Assembly (NCBI GenBank): GCA_964358165.1
Contig: CAYHOB010000009.1
Span: forward strand, 22,298 to 86,297
DNA length: 64,000 bases
Direction: 5' to 3'
Source: an uncultured Aquirufa sp.
GTDB lineage: Bacteria > Bacteroidota > Bacteroidia > Cytophagales > Spirosomataceae
Positions 1 through 11,046 of this stretch are shown in pieces; positions within the stretch are counted from its first letter, which is position 1, and every line of letters starts with the position of its first letter. Made by a program: the position numbers and the translations under genes. A model generated the notes under the pieces. The model did no database searches and was not told the DNA's origin. It saw only the letters and a list, made by a program, of their open reading frames with translations.

Positions 1-1
1 A

Positions 2-490
2 CTGGTAAAGTCGGGACGTAAAATTTATATTACAATCAATTCAGAAACACCGCCAACGATTAAATTGCCAACTTTGGTAGGCTTATCGGTTCGTAGTGCG
101 GAGCAACAATTATACATTGCAGGATTACGCAAAGGAATTGTACATGAAGTAAATGATCCACGAATTAAGGAAGTTATTGAAGTACAAGCCTTTGGTAAAA
201 AAATCGAAGCGGGTGCCAGTATTCCGAAAGGGACTATGGTGGACTTATATATTGGCAATGGAACGGCTGATGTGGAAATGGAAATTCCTGATTTTGTCGG
301 CAAACCGATGGATGAGGTGACCCTTATTTTGGCAGGCATGAACTTAAAGGTTGGAAAAATTACCTACGAGGCTAATGACGCATTTCCTGCAGGAACTGTT
401 TTCAAACAAACCTGTGCGACTTGCGAAGGAACAAGTGTTAAACCTGGCGACCTGATCGACCTATGGGTTGTGGGTGGCGAAGATCAATAA
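2..490 (+). CDS. PASTA domain-containing protein (5' truncated by window edge)
   Basis: Frame open from base 2 (LVKSGRKIYITIN...). Repeated PASTA-like units (LPTLVGLSVRSA, IPDFVGKPMDEV, GTSVKPGDLIDLWV). Confidence 0.75.
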   Translation: MVKSGRKIYITINSETPPTIKLPTLVGLSVRSAEQQLYIAGLRKGIVHEVNDPRIKEVIEVQAFGKKIEAGASIPKGTMVDLYIGNGTADVEMEIPDFVGKPMDEVTLILAGMNLKVGKITYEANDAFPAGTVFKQTCATCEGTSVKPGDLIDLWVVGGEDQ

Positions 491-492
491 TT

Positions 493-792
493 ATGGACAT
501 TACAATTGAAGAATTAAAAGAGCGTATGGACAAGGGGGAAAATTTGAACCTGATCGATGTCCGCGAAGAACATGAATTTGATGAATTCAACATTGGTGCA
601 AAACTAATCCCATTAGGAGAATTGCCTGACCGTTTGGAGGAAATCGAAGCTTGGAAAGACCAAGAAATATTAATTCATTGCCGTTCGGGTGCGCGTTCAG
701 GTCGTGCTAAAGAATATTTAGCCAGTGAAGGATTTACGAATGTGCGCAATGTTTTAGGAGGTATGCTTGCGTGGCAGGCTGCCGGATATTAA
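493..792 (+). CDS. Rhodanese-like domain protein
   Basis: LIDVREEHEF and IHCRSGARS active-site loop, NVRNVLGGMLAW. ATG at 493. Confidence 0.9.
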   Translation: MDITIEELKERMDKGENLNLIDVREEHEFDEFNIGAKLIPLGELPDRLEEIEAWKDQEILIHCRSGARSGRAKEYLASEGFTNVRNVLGGMLAWQAAGY

Positions 793-793
793 G

Positions 794-1075
794 ATGCAAT
801 CCATTTCCACGAAGGACTTCAAGGAAAATTTATCCGCTCTTTCCCTTTTGGACATTCGAACGCCCAGGGAACGAGCGGATTTTGATTTAGGGGGCATTCA
901 CATCCCGCTTGATGATTTATTAGCTCGAATTGAGGAATTAGATCAGACACAACAATACACCGTGATTTGTTACAATGGAACGCAAAGCTTAATCGCTTGT
1001 CGGCTCCTTGCTGCCAAAGGTTATCATGTTCAAAATGTCACCGGTGGCTTAGAAGCTTATTTAAGTTTAGCTTGA
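794..1075 (+). CDS. Rhodanese-like domain protein (second copy)
   Basis: LLDIRTPRE, VICYNGTQS, NVTGGLEAY. ATG at 794, just after the upstream stop. Confidence 0.8.
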   Translation: MQSISTKDFKENLSALSLLDIRTPRERADFDLGGIHIPLDDLLARIEELDQTQQYTVICYNGTQSLIACRLLAAKGYHVQNVTGGLEAYLSLA

Positions 1076-1950
1076 ATGTAGGCCAAAGCCTTATCGGGAT
1101 GAATAAATTCAAAATCATCCTGATGACGAAACCAGGTTAATTGCTTTTTGGCATAATGCCTTGAATTGCGTTTCAACAAGCGAATCATTTCCGATTCATT
1201 GTATTCCCCTCTGAAATAACCGTAGACTTCTTTATACCCCAAGGTTTTTAGCGCATAACGGTCTTGAAAGGCTTCGAAATCTTTGGCTTCCTGGATCAAT
1301 CCGGCAGCTAACATCATATCCATGCGCAAATCAATTCGCGCATATAATTCTTCTCGCGGTCGGTCCAGGCAAATTTTAATCATCTCAAACGGGCGATACG
1401 CTTTTTGCTGATTTCGGAAGGATGTATAGGATTTACCTGTTGACAAGCATACTTCCAAAGCTCTAACAACCCGTTGGGGATTTTGGGAATCAACCTTCGC
1501 CGCATATTCGGGATCTAAGTCTTGAAGCTGCGTGTAGAGTGGCTCCAAACCCTTTTCGGCTAAGGCATCCATCAATTTAGCACGTAAATTCAAATCTACA
1601 TCGGGCATATTGTCCAAGCCTTCCATCAGCGCTTTCAGGTATAAACCCGAACCACCCGTTAAGATGACGATGTCTTTGGTTTGAAATAAATCCGTAAGGA
1701 CTTTCAAAGCTTCACGCTCGAAGTCACCAGGGGAAAAATAATCATGAATGGAATGAGAATCAATGAAATGGTGCTTGACCCCACCCTGTTCATTTAGGCT
1801 CGGTTTTGCAGTTCCAATGCTTAATTCTTGGTAAAATTGCCGGGAATCGGCGGAGATGATTTCGGTATCAAAACTTTTGGCCATTTCGACACATAGAGCT
1901 GTTTTGCCAACAGCCGTAGGACCCGCAATGACCAAAAGTGTATTTTTCAT
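1057..1950 (-). CDS. miaA: tRNA dimethylallyltransferase
   Basis: GPTAVGKT P-loop, IISADSRQFY, GTAKP, TGGSGLY, RHYAKKQLTWF. Start chosen at MKNTLL (1950). Confidence 0.95.
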   Translation of the reverse strand: MKNTLLVIAGPTAVGKTALCVEMAKSFDTEIISADSRQFYQELSIGTAKPSLNEQGGVKHHFIDSHSIHDYFSPGDFEREALKVLTDLFQTKDIVILTGGSGLYLKALMEGLDNMPDVDLNLRAKLMDALAEKGLEPLYTQLQDLDPEYAAKVDSQNPQRVVRALEVCLSTGKSYTSFRNQQKAYRPFEMIKICLDRPREELYARIDLRMDMMLAAGLIQEAKDFEAFQDRYALKTLGYKEVYGYFRGEYNESEMIRLLKRNSRHYAKKQLTWFRHQDDFEFIHPDKALAYIQAKLK

Positions 1951-1951
1951 C

Positions 1952-3241
<1,290 letters not shown>

Positions 3242-3366
3242 ATAAAATGAAGATGTGTGCTTATGAGTAATAACTGGAAATAACAAGCATCCTCATAATG
3301 ATGCCGCAAGTTACGGCTTTATTTTTGCATTTCGCGCTTTCGGCCTTCAGCCGCGCGCGGTGGGAA

Positions 3367-3396
3367 ACGCTGCCGGGGTCATGACCCCGGCAGCGT
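3367..3396. repeat. Perfect 30-bp GC-rich palindrome
   Basis: ACGCTGCCGGGGTCATGACCCCGGCAGCGT is its own reverse complement (checked base by base). A second GC-rich hairpin lies at about 3333-3359. Confidence 0.9.
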
Positions 3397-3455
3397 AGCT
3401 GCTCTAACTTGCGAACGTTTTTTTTATGACATAAATTGTCCAAGAACTTGATATT

Positions 3456-3914
3456 CTACACAGGCAGAGCAGCCTGAATTTCAGTTGGCTTTTGTGTCCC
3501 TATTAACAATTTCGCTCCCGACTTAAATACTAATTGGAGTCCTTGATTCCCCGCCACATTAAAAACTTTTCCTTGACCGTTGAACCCATATTTAATTCCC
3601 CAGCCACCATATTCCAACAAAGGACGATAGGTACGAACTTTCGCAGATTCAATCGAATCCCAAGCATAAAATTGCTCTTTGAAGTGAAAGGGGATAAAAC
3701 GGACATAAATCCCTTGGGGAGTAATTCGGGTAAGGAGACGCATTTGCCGGAACAAAACGGGCAAGCCTAATCCAATAGAAATCGTCACAAAATAGGCAAC
3801 AACCGTTTCGGGAGGCTCTTGAATAAATGTATACATCATCGAAGCCCAAACACCAACCAGGATTAACCACAACCACCACTGGGTGAACCGCTGTGTTTCT
3901 TTAAATTCAGTCAT
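3456..3914 (-). CDS. DUF6141-like membrane protein
   Basis: FKETQRFTQWW, two TM segments, EYGGWGIK and GNQGLQL motifs typical of this Bacteroidota family (recognition from memory). Confidence 0.6.
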   Translation of the reverse strand: MTEFKETQRFTQWWLWLILVGVWASMMYTFIQEPPETVVAYFVTISIGLGLPVLFRQMRLLTRITPQGIYVRFIPFHFKEQFYAWDSIESAKVRTYRPLLEYGGWGIKYGFNGQGKVFNVAGNQGLQLVFKSGAKLLIGTQKPTEIQAALPV

Positions 3915-3981
3915 TTTTCGAATATTTACAGAGCGTAATTTTAGCCAAAAAATCAATATCTTGTGCTAAAATTCTAAACCT

Positions 3982-5628
3982 GTGAATAAAAAATTAAGCT
4001 ATATCATTGGCGCCTCGTCAGTTGGCACCCTGATTGAGTGGTACGACTTCTATATATTTGGTAGTTTGGCGACAGTTCTTTCGACCAAATTCTTCCCAAC
4101 AGACAATCCCACAGCAGCATTTTTAAATACCTTGGCGACTTTTGCAGCAGGTTTTGTTGTTCGACCCTTTGGCGCATTATTTTTTGGAAAAATTGGAGAC
4201 GTGATCGGTCGGAAATACACCTTTATGGTCACATTGATGTTAATGGGTGGAGCCACATTTGGCATTGGATTAATTCCCTCCTATCAAAGTATCGGTGCCT
4301 TGGCCCCTATTTCGGTTTTAATTCTACGATTACTACAAGGATTGGCACTAGGTGGCGAATATGGTGGAGCCGCAACCTATGTAGCGGAACATTCCCCCGC
4401 TCACAAAAGAGGCTTTTACACCTCCTGGATTCAAACCACAGCAACGCTGGGATTAATTATTTCATTAGGAGTAATCATGCTGACACGCAGCATTTTATCT
4501 CAAGAAGAATTTGATGCCTATGGATGGAGAATCCCTTTTCTCATCTCCATTGTCATGGTGATTGGCTCAATTATTGTGCGGAAAAATATGGCTGAATCGC
4601 CCTTATTTGAAGAAGCCAAAGCCAGCGGAAATGTTGCGGTCAACCCACTTAAAGAATCATTTGGAAATAAATTAAATTTGAAATTTGTCTTATTAGCCTT
4701 GTTTGGAGCAACCATGGGTCAAGGACTTGTTTGGTATACCGGACAATTCTACGCGCAAACCTTTTTACTCAAAATTTGTCGGCTCGAGGAAACACAAACA
4801 AACCTCATCTTGGTCATCGGTTTACTTGCCGGAACCCCATTATTTGTATTTTTTGGAGCACTTTCCGACAAAATTGGTCGCAAAGGAATCATGTTGGCTG
4901 GCATGGTATTCGCACTAATTTTGTATAGACCCATCTTTTCGACCATGTACGATTTAGTTGACACGAAACAAAAAACCGAAATCACCCATTTGATCACTTA
5001 CGAAAATGGAAATACGGTCAAAACATTTACGGATGGAAGCACGGAAACTTTCATGGATACAGGGGCAAAAATTCATGTCCCTTCCTCGATTCAGTGGAAA
5101 TTAATTGGTTTAATTTTCTGTCTAATCAGTTTTGTCAGCATGGCGTATGGCCCCATTGCCGCATTTTTAGTTGAGCTATTCCCCATTAAAATTCGATATA
5201 CGTCCATGTCCTTCCCGTATCACATTGGAAATGGAATTTTTGGCGGACTAATGCCTGCCATTGCGACTTTTTTAGTCACAACGGCTTCGAAAGATTCTAG
5301 TATCGCGAAACCCTATTTGGAAGGCTTAAACTACCCTATCGCGATGATATCGGTCTGTTTGATCATTGGATTAGTCTATATGAAAGATGCCAAAATCAAG
5401 AAAGAAGTTGAACTAAACGGCCTTAAACGACTTTTGGGTATCGTTTGGATGATTTTAGGAATTGCGACAGGATTATACTTAGTCTATTTTCAAGCGATAC
5501 CTTTATGGGAAAAAGGCGGTAACGACCTCGTCCCAGCCATTATTTACACATTTATTTTAGCCCCCTTCATCACGGTTGGCATGAGCCTTTTCGGCTATTT
5601 TGCTTTGCGCGGTGAATTTGACCAATAA
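3982..5628 (+). CDS. MFS transporter (MHS family) with a C-terminal two-TM extension
   Basis: GTLIEWYDFY, RPFGALFFGKIGDVIGRK, GGEYGGAATYVAEH, ELFPIKIRYT. About 70 extra C-terminal residues. Confidence 0.9.
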   Translation: MNKKLSYIIGASSVGTLIEWYDFYIFGSLATVLSTKFFPTDNPTAAFLNTLATFAAGFVVRPFGALFFGKIGDVIGRKYTFMVTLMLMGGATFGIGLIPSYQSIGALAPISVLILRLLQGLALGGEYGGAATYVAEHSPAHKRGFYTSWIQTTATLGLIISLGVIMLTRSILSQEEFDAYGWRIPFLISIVMVIGSIIVRKNMAESPLFEEAKASGNVAVNPLKESFGNKLNLKFVLLALFGATMGQGLVWYTGQFYAQTFLLKICRLEETQTNLILVIGLLAGTPLFVFFGALSDKIGRKGIMLAGMVFALILYRPIFSTMYDLVDTKQKTEITHLITYENGNTVKTFTDGSTETFMDTGAKIHVPSSIQWKLIGLIFCLISFVSMAYGPIAAFLVELFPIKIRYTSMSFPYHIGNGIFGGLMPAIATFLVTTASKDSSIAKPYLEGLNYPIAMISVCLIIGLVYMKDAKIKKEVELNGLKRLLGIVWMILGIATGLYLVYFQAIPLWEKGGNDLVPAIIYTFILAPFITVGMSLFGYFALRGEFDQ

Positions 5629-5632
5629 CACA

Positions 5633-7522
5633 ATGAGAATTAATACCTTAGCACAATACCACGAAGCGTATGCAAAAAGTGTGAATCAACCTGAACAATT
5701 TTGGGCTGATGTTGCCAACGAGTTCGACTGGATTAAGCCATTTACCAAAGTCCTTGATTGGAGTTTTGACGACTATTCGGTCAAATGGTTTGAAGACGGT
5801 CAAATGAACATTACAGCAAATGCGCTGGACCGTCATTTGAAAACCATTCCAGAGCAAGCTGCCATTATTTATGAACCCAATGAACCTGGAGATGAGGCTA
5901 TTACGCTGACATATCGCCAACTCCATGAACGCGTTTGTAAATTCAGTAATGTATTAAAAGCACAAGGAGTCCAAAAAGGGGATCGTATCTGTATTTACAT
6001 GCCGATGATCCCTGAATTAGCGATCGCCGTTTTAGCATGTGCGCGAATCGGGGCGATTCATTCGGTTGTATTTGGCGGATTTTCTGCGCAATCGATTTCG
6101 GATCGTATAAACGATTCCCAATGTAAACTGGTCATCACCACCGATGGGGCCGTACGCGGGAATAAAAACATCCCGATGAAAGAAACGGTTGACGATGCAC
6201 TGATTTCATGTCCAAGTGTAGAAACGGTTATCGTGAAAACTCGGACGAAAACTCCGGTTGCGATGTTCAAAGGTCGCGATCTCTGGTGGGAAGAGGAAGA
6301 GGCACAAGCCTCAGCAGTCTGTGAACCTGAGGCGATGAACGCGGAAGATCCCCTATTCATTTTATATACTTCAGGCTCAACCGGTAAGCCAAAGGGTGTC
6401 GTGCATACCTGTGGAGGTTACATGGTTTATACGGCTTATACCTTCGCGAACGTATTTCAGTACAATCCGGGAGATGTATTTTTCTGTACAGCAGATATCG
6501 GTTGGATCACTGGACACTCCTATTTGGTCTATGGCCCCTTATTGAATGGCGCGATTACGGTCTTATTTGAAGGAATACCAACTTACCCAGATGCGGGTCG
6601 TTTTTGGGATATTATCAAACGTCACCAAATCAACATCTTCTATACGGCACCTACCGCAATCCGTTCATTGATGGGTTTTGGAGACGAAGTATTAGCAGGG
6701 AAAGATTTAAGTTCCCTTCGAGTTTTGGGATCCGTAGGGGAACCTATCAACGAAGAAGCGTGGCATTGGTACCATGAAAAAATCGGACAGGGCAATTGCC
6801 CAATCGTTGACACGTGGTGGCAAACAGAAACAGGAGGTTTGATGATTTCCCCGATCGCGGGCATTACGCCTTTAAAACCTGCTTTCGCAACACTTCCCTT
6901 ACCTGGAGTTCAACCTATATTAGTGGATGAAAACGGCAAGGAAATCGAAGGAAATGGGGTCAATGGAAACTTATGCATCAAATATCCATGGCCATCCATC
7001 ATTCGGACAACCTATGGCGATCATGAACGATGCAAATCAACCTACTTCTCAACCTATCCAGGATTATATTTTACAGGAGATGGCTGTATGCGCGATGAGG
7101 ATGGATATTACCGAATCACCGGTCGGGTCGATGATGTGATGAACATTTCGGGGCACCGCATTGGAACCGCCGAAGTAGAAAATGCAATCAATATGCATAC
7201 CGGAGTCATTGAATCTGCGGTTGTTGGCTTTCCGCACGATGTCAAAGGACAAGGAATATATGCATACGTAATTTGTGAACACCCGACGATTAATGATGAA
7301 TTAACACGTAAGGATATATTGGCCACGGTTTCCCGGGTGATTGGACCTATTGCCAAACCTGATAAGATTCAATTTGTGACTGGACTTCCTAAAACCCGTT
7401 CGGGTAAAATCATGCGCCGCATTTTACGTAAAGTCGCCGAAGGCGAATTTGGTAGCTTGGGCGATACATCAACCTTGTTAGATCCATCGGTGGTGGATTC
7501 GATCATTAAGGGGGCGATGTGA
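5633..7522 (+). CDS. acs: Acetate--CoA ligase
   Basis: YTSGSTGKPKG, ADIGWITGHSY, DTWWQTETGG, PKTRSGKIMRR. Confidence 0.97.
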   Translation: MRINTLAQYHEAYAKSVNQPEQFWADVANEFDWIKPFTKVLDWSFDDYSVKWFEDGQMNITANALDRHLKTIPEQAAIIYEPNEPGDEAITLTYRQLHERVCKFSNVLKAQGVQKGDRICIYMPMIPELAIAVLACARIGAIHSVVFGGFSAQSISDRINDSQCKLVITTDGAVRGNKNIPMKETVDDALISCPSVETVIVKTRTKTPVAMFKGRDLWWEEEEAQASAVCEPEAMNAEDPLFILYTSGSTGKPKGVVHTCGGYMVYTAYTFANVFQYNPGDVFFCTADIGWITGHSYLVYGPLLNGAITVLFEGIPTYPDAGRFWDIIKRHQINIFYTAPTAIRSLMGFGDEVLAGKDLSSLRVLGSVGEPINEEAWHWYHEKIGQGNCPIVDTWWQTETGGLMISPIAGITPLKPAFATLPLPGVQPILVDENGKEIEGNGVNGNLCIKYPWPSIIRTTYGDHERCKSTYFSTYPGLYFTGDGCMRDEDGYYRITGRVDDVMNISGHRIGTAEVENAINMHTGVIESAVVGFPHDVKGQGIYAYVICEHPTINDELTRKDILATVSRVIGPIAKPDKIQFVTGLPKTRSGKIMRRILRKVAEGEFGSLGDTSTLLDPSVVDSIIKGAM

Positions 7523-7578
7523 AGAGGTAAGAATTAAGAGTTAAGAGGTAAGAGGTAAGAGTTAAGAGGTAAGAGTTG
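7523..7578 (+). repeat. Tandem heptamer array (AGAGKTA)x8
   Basis: agaggta agaatta agagtta agaggta agaggta agagtta agaggta agagttg, starting directly after the acs stop. Confidence 0.9.
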
Positions 7579-7580
7579 AG

Positions 7581-7646
7581 ATGCCCGGGGTGTAAACTTC
7601 GGGCATTCTATTTTATAAAAAAGCCCCGAGAATAAATCCCGGGGCT
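7581..7646. terminator. Two adjacent hairpins between convergent acs and SSS genes
   Basis: ATGCCCGGGG-TGTAAA-CTTCGGGCAT (7581-7606) and AGCCCCG...CGGGGCT (7622-7646), separated by a T/A tract. Confidence 0.6.
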
Positions 7647-7667
7647 CATATAAACAAGGCGAAAATC

Positions 7668-7705
7668 CACCTCTTAATTCTTCACTCTTAATTCTTAACT
7701 CTCAA
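7668..7705 (-). repeat. Inverted copy of the heptamer array (about 5 units)
   Basis: Minus strand reads ttg agagtta agaatta agagtga agaatta agaggtg directly after the SSS stop. Confidence 0.85.
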
Positions 7706-9379
7706 TTACCAAAAATAGGTATACAACAACAACAACATCATAACAATGATCACGGAACCTACGATAAAGGAAGGTGCCAATTTGAACATCTTCGCATCGA
7801 TTTCCAAGCCTTTTGGATTGTTCTTAGATTCTGGATCCATTAATGAAATAATCACCATCGATGAGATACAGAACGTAAATACCCAGCCCATACGATCAAT
7901 GAATGGAATCACATACATGCCATCAGCATCCTGGAACGAAGTATAGAACAAGCAATCCGTAACGCCCGTCCAAGTAGGAATGTATTTGGATACGATAGAA
8001 AAAGTAACCCCACCTAATAAAGCAAATAAGGCTGCCTTTGATGTCGTACGCTTCCAAAAGAATCCCATGATAAACAAGGCAAAGATACCCGGTGAAAAAT
8101 ACCCGGTATATTCCTGAATAAATTGGAATCCACCCTTCTTATCAATGCCCATGAAAGGAGCGATTAGCACAGCAATGATCGTCGCTGCAACAACGGCAAT
8201 ACGTCCAATGGATACTAATTTCTTCTCAGAAGCATTTGGATTGATGTAATTCTTGTAGATATCCAACGTAAAAATAGTTGAAATTGAATTTGCCTTACCT
8301 GCCATCGAAGCAACCACAGCTGCTGTTAATGCGGCAAATGACAATCCTTTAAGACCAACAGGTAACAGATTTAATAAAACGGGATAAGCATTGTCCTTGC
8401 TTAAAACACCATCCTTCAACATCTCTGTTTGGAACATTCCATCTTTATACAACAAATATGCAGCAATACCGGGTAAAACCACGATAATTGGCATCATCAT
8501 CTTTAAAAATGCGGCGAACATGATACCGTTACGAGCCGTAGGCAAATCTGCTCCTAAAGCTCTTTGGGTAATGTATTGATTACAACCCCAATAGTTCAAG
8601 TTGACAATCCACATACCTCCAATTAACACCGTTAAACCAGGAAGAGATGGATAGTTCGCATTCTCTTTGTTGAAAATCATGTGAAAATGATCAGGCGCTT
8701 TAGTCATTAAATGATTTAAGCCGTTCATGACACCTTCTCCTCCAAAACGAGTTGAAACTAAATTCAAGGCCAAATAAGAAGTAACCAATCCTCCTAATAC
8801 CAAGAAAACCACTTGAATCACATCCGTGTAGCCAATTACTTTCATACCTCCAAGGGTAATGATAATGGCAAAGGCCGACATGGCTATCATACAAACAGTA
8901 AAGTCAATTCCAGAAATGGTTGAAACCGCTAATGCCCCTAAATATAAAATGGAGGTTAAATTAACCGCCACATATAATAACAACCAAAAAACAGCCATAA
9001 TTAAACTTACCGTCGAATTATAACGTCTATTCAAAAACTGAGGCATGGTGAAAATCTTGTTCTTCAAATAGATGGGCATGAAGAAAATCGCAACGATTAA
9101 GAGTGTTGCTGCGGCCATCCATTCATAGGTAGCAATCGCTAAACCCATTTGGAATCCATCACCAGATGTACCAATAAACTGCTCTGCTGAAATATTTGAA
9201 GCAATTAAGGAAGATCCAATCGCCCACCAGGTTAATGAACCTTCTGCTAAAAAGAAATCATTTGAATCCGTAACTTTTGACTTTTTCTTATTGTAAATCC
9301 AATATCCATAGCCTGAAACGACAATGAAATAAAACAAAAAGACTAGGTAGTCGAGCAGCTGTAAACTGTGTGCTTGCAT
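7706..9379 (-). CDS. Sodium:solute symporter (SGLT/sugar-type)
   Basis: FFLAEGSLTWWAIGSSLIASNISAEQFIG, YWGCNQYITQRAL, multiple TM segments. Start at MQAHSL. Confidence 0.92.
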   Translation of the reverse strand: MQAHSLQLLDYLVFLFYFIVVSGYGYWIYNKKKSKVTDSNDFFLAEGSLTWWAIGSSLIASNISAEQFIGTSGDGFQMGLAIATYEWMAAATLLIVAIFFMPIYLKNKIFTMPQFLNRRYNSTVSLIMAVFWLLLYVAVNLTSILYLGALAVSTISGIDFTVCMIAMSAFAIIITLGGMKVIGYTDVIQVVFLVLGGLVTSYLALNLVSTRFGGEGVMNGLNHLMTKAPDHFHMIFNKENANYPSLPGLTVLIGGMWIVNLNYWGCNQYITQRALGADLPTARNGIMFAAFLKMMMPIIVVLPGIAAYLLYKDGMFQTEMLKDGVLSKDNAYPVLLNLLPVGLKGLSFAALTAAVVASMAGKANSISTIFTLDIYKNYINPNASEKKLVSIGRIAVVAATIIAVLIAPFMGIDKKGGFQFIQEYTGYFSPGIFALFIMGFFWKRTTSKAALFALLGGVTFSIVSKYIPTWTGVTDCLFYTSFQDADGMYVIPFIDRMGWVFTFCISSMVIISLMDPESKNNPKGLEIDAKMFKLAPSFIVGSVIIVMMLLLLYTYFW

Positions 9380-9460
9380 AAAATATGGGTTTAGTTTAGG
9401 GTAATCAGTTGCGAAAATAGACTTTTTCAAGACAAAAGAAAAGGATTCAATGGAATAATA

Positions 9461-11023
9461 CTATTCCCAATAGGTTGGTTTTACTAAAACAACTTCTTCC
9501 TCCCGATCCACAATGACCTGTCCAGGCAGTAAATCTTTGGTCTTTCGAACATATTTTTTAGCCGTTACAATGACAGGACAAAGCGACTCTGTAGCACGTT
9601 TAGAAAAATGCGCAGCTAGCTCTGCCGCCTTTTCAATCACGTGTTTAGGTACCGTACGTTGTTGGGGATTTCGAATAATCACATGCGACCCAGAAACATC
9701 TCGCGCATGTAACCAAATGTCAAATTTCTTCGCATATTTCAGCGTCAACAAATCGTTGTTTTTGGCATTTTTCCCGACCCAAATCGTCCAACCACCGGTA
9801 ACAAATTGCTTAAATGGCAATTCTTCTGCGGATTGCTTGGTCGATTTCTGCACCTGCAAATATTGTAAATAGGGTTTTAATTCCCGACGCACCTGAGCGG
9901 CTTCTATGCCCTTCAACTGCTCCCCCAATTCCAAAATTTCAGCTTTTTTTCGGGCTACATTGGATTCCCATTGGGCAATTTCTTTCGAGAAATTCTTTGC
10001 TTTTCGGTAATAATTTTCGGCATTTTCAGGGCCTGATAACAAGGAGTTTAATTTTATGTTAACTTTTCCCCCATGGTAAAAGTCTTCGAGTTCTACCGAC
10101 TTCACTCCTGGTGGAATCAAATGCAAATAGGCCATTAAAATATTTCCAATTTCTTCGTAGGCCAAACTCGAATCGCGTTTGACTTGTTGTTTTTCCAAAG
10201 TCTCCAGGTAATGAATCGCCTTTAGATGCAATTTTCCTAAGGTTTCTGCTAATAAGGATTTCTCCCGACGAAACTCCCCGACAGAATAATGCAACGAATA
10301 AAACTGATTCAAGGCATCAAACACATCACGGGTTTGGTATAATGACTCCACATGTACAGGAAACAATGACAAAGCAATTCCTTTATTTGTTTCTACAATA
10401 GAAATCAGGGGATCATCAAGGTATTCAAGCGTTGTTTGCAACAAATTCCATTGACCCATGATCGATTGATTCGCATACCCTAGGCTATCCAAATAGCTTC
10501 CTCCCTCCTTTCCAAAGGTTGGGTACAAGGTCATCCAATCTCCGTCGGCTTGTTGGAATGCCTCAAATGTCTGATCAATCTTCCTATCTAATTGGCCTAA
10601 ACTTAATTCAAAATCTTTCCCTAAACGCTTCTGAAATTGTCCACTATGCTCACCCGATTGAAATAGGATCACATTCGAACGATTGCCAAAAAGTTTAAAA
10701 ACGAGCACCTGTTCTCCTAAGAAATACATTCCTATCGCCCGTTCATTCTCAAAAACACGCACATCTTGCACCTCATGCAAGAGCAGATCAGAAAACAAAT
10801 CAACGGAATTACGTCCCGCTCGTCGGAAATCATCCGGAAACTGTAGGGTAGAAAACTGCGAATCAAAACTACATTTTATCCAAAAATCTTGCCCATTCTG
10901 TCGTTCAAAGCCGATCACCAACTCATCTTTTTCTTGCGAAAAACATTGCTTGAGTCGCGCATAGGTCAACTTTTGACGAAGTTCCCGAGCCAGAATTCGT
11001 AGGAAAAAATGATTGTTATGCAT
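9461..11023 (-). CDS. NFACT family protein (RqcH/Rqc2-like, with NFACT-R domain)
   Basis: N-terminal LARELRQKL...FSQEKDEL, NAENYYRKAK, C-terminal VGKNAKNNDLLT, WLHARDVSGSHV. Confidence 0.88.
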   Translation of the reverse strand: MHNNHFFLRILARELRQKLTYARLKQCFSQEKDELVIGFERQNGQDFWIKCSFDSQFSTLQFPDDFRRAGRNSVDLFSDLLLHEVQDVRVFENERAIGMYFLGEQVLVFKLFGNRSNVILFQSGEHSGQFQKRLGKDFELSLGQLDRKIDQTFEAFQQADGDWMTLYPTFGKEGGSYLDSLGYANQSIMGQWNLLQTTLEYLDDPLISIVETNKGIALSLFPVHVESLYQTRDVFDALNQFYSLHYSVGEFRREKSLLAETLGKLHLKAIHYLETLEKQQVKRDSSLAYEEIGNILMAYLHLIPPGVKSVELEDFYHGGKVNIKLNSLLSGPENAENYYRKAKNFSKEIAQWESNVARKKAEILELGEQLKGIEAAQVRRELKPYLQYLQVQKSTKQSAEELPFKQFVTGGWTIWVGKNAKNNDLLTLKYAKKFDIWLHARDVSGSHVIIRNPQQRTVPKHVIEKAAELAAHFSKRATESLCPVIVTAKKYVRKTKDLLPGQVIVDREEEVVLVKPTYWE

Positions 11024-11046
11024 AAATTGGGTTTTTATTCACGCGC

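Noticed and set aside
3261-3443. 60-aa ORF upstream of the helicase
   Set aside because: Runs through GC-rich palindromes; no recognisable protein features.
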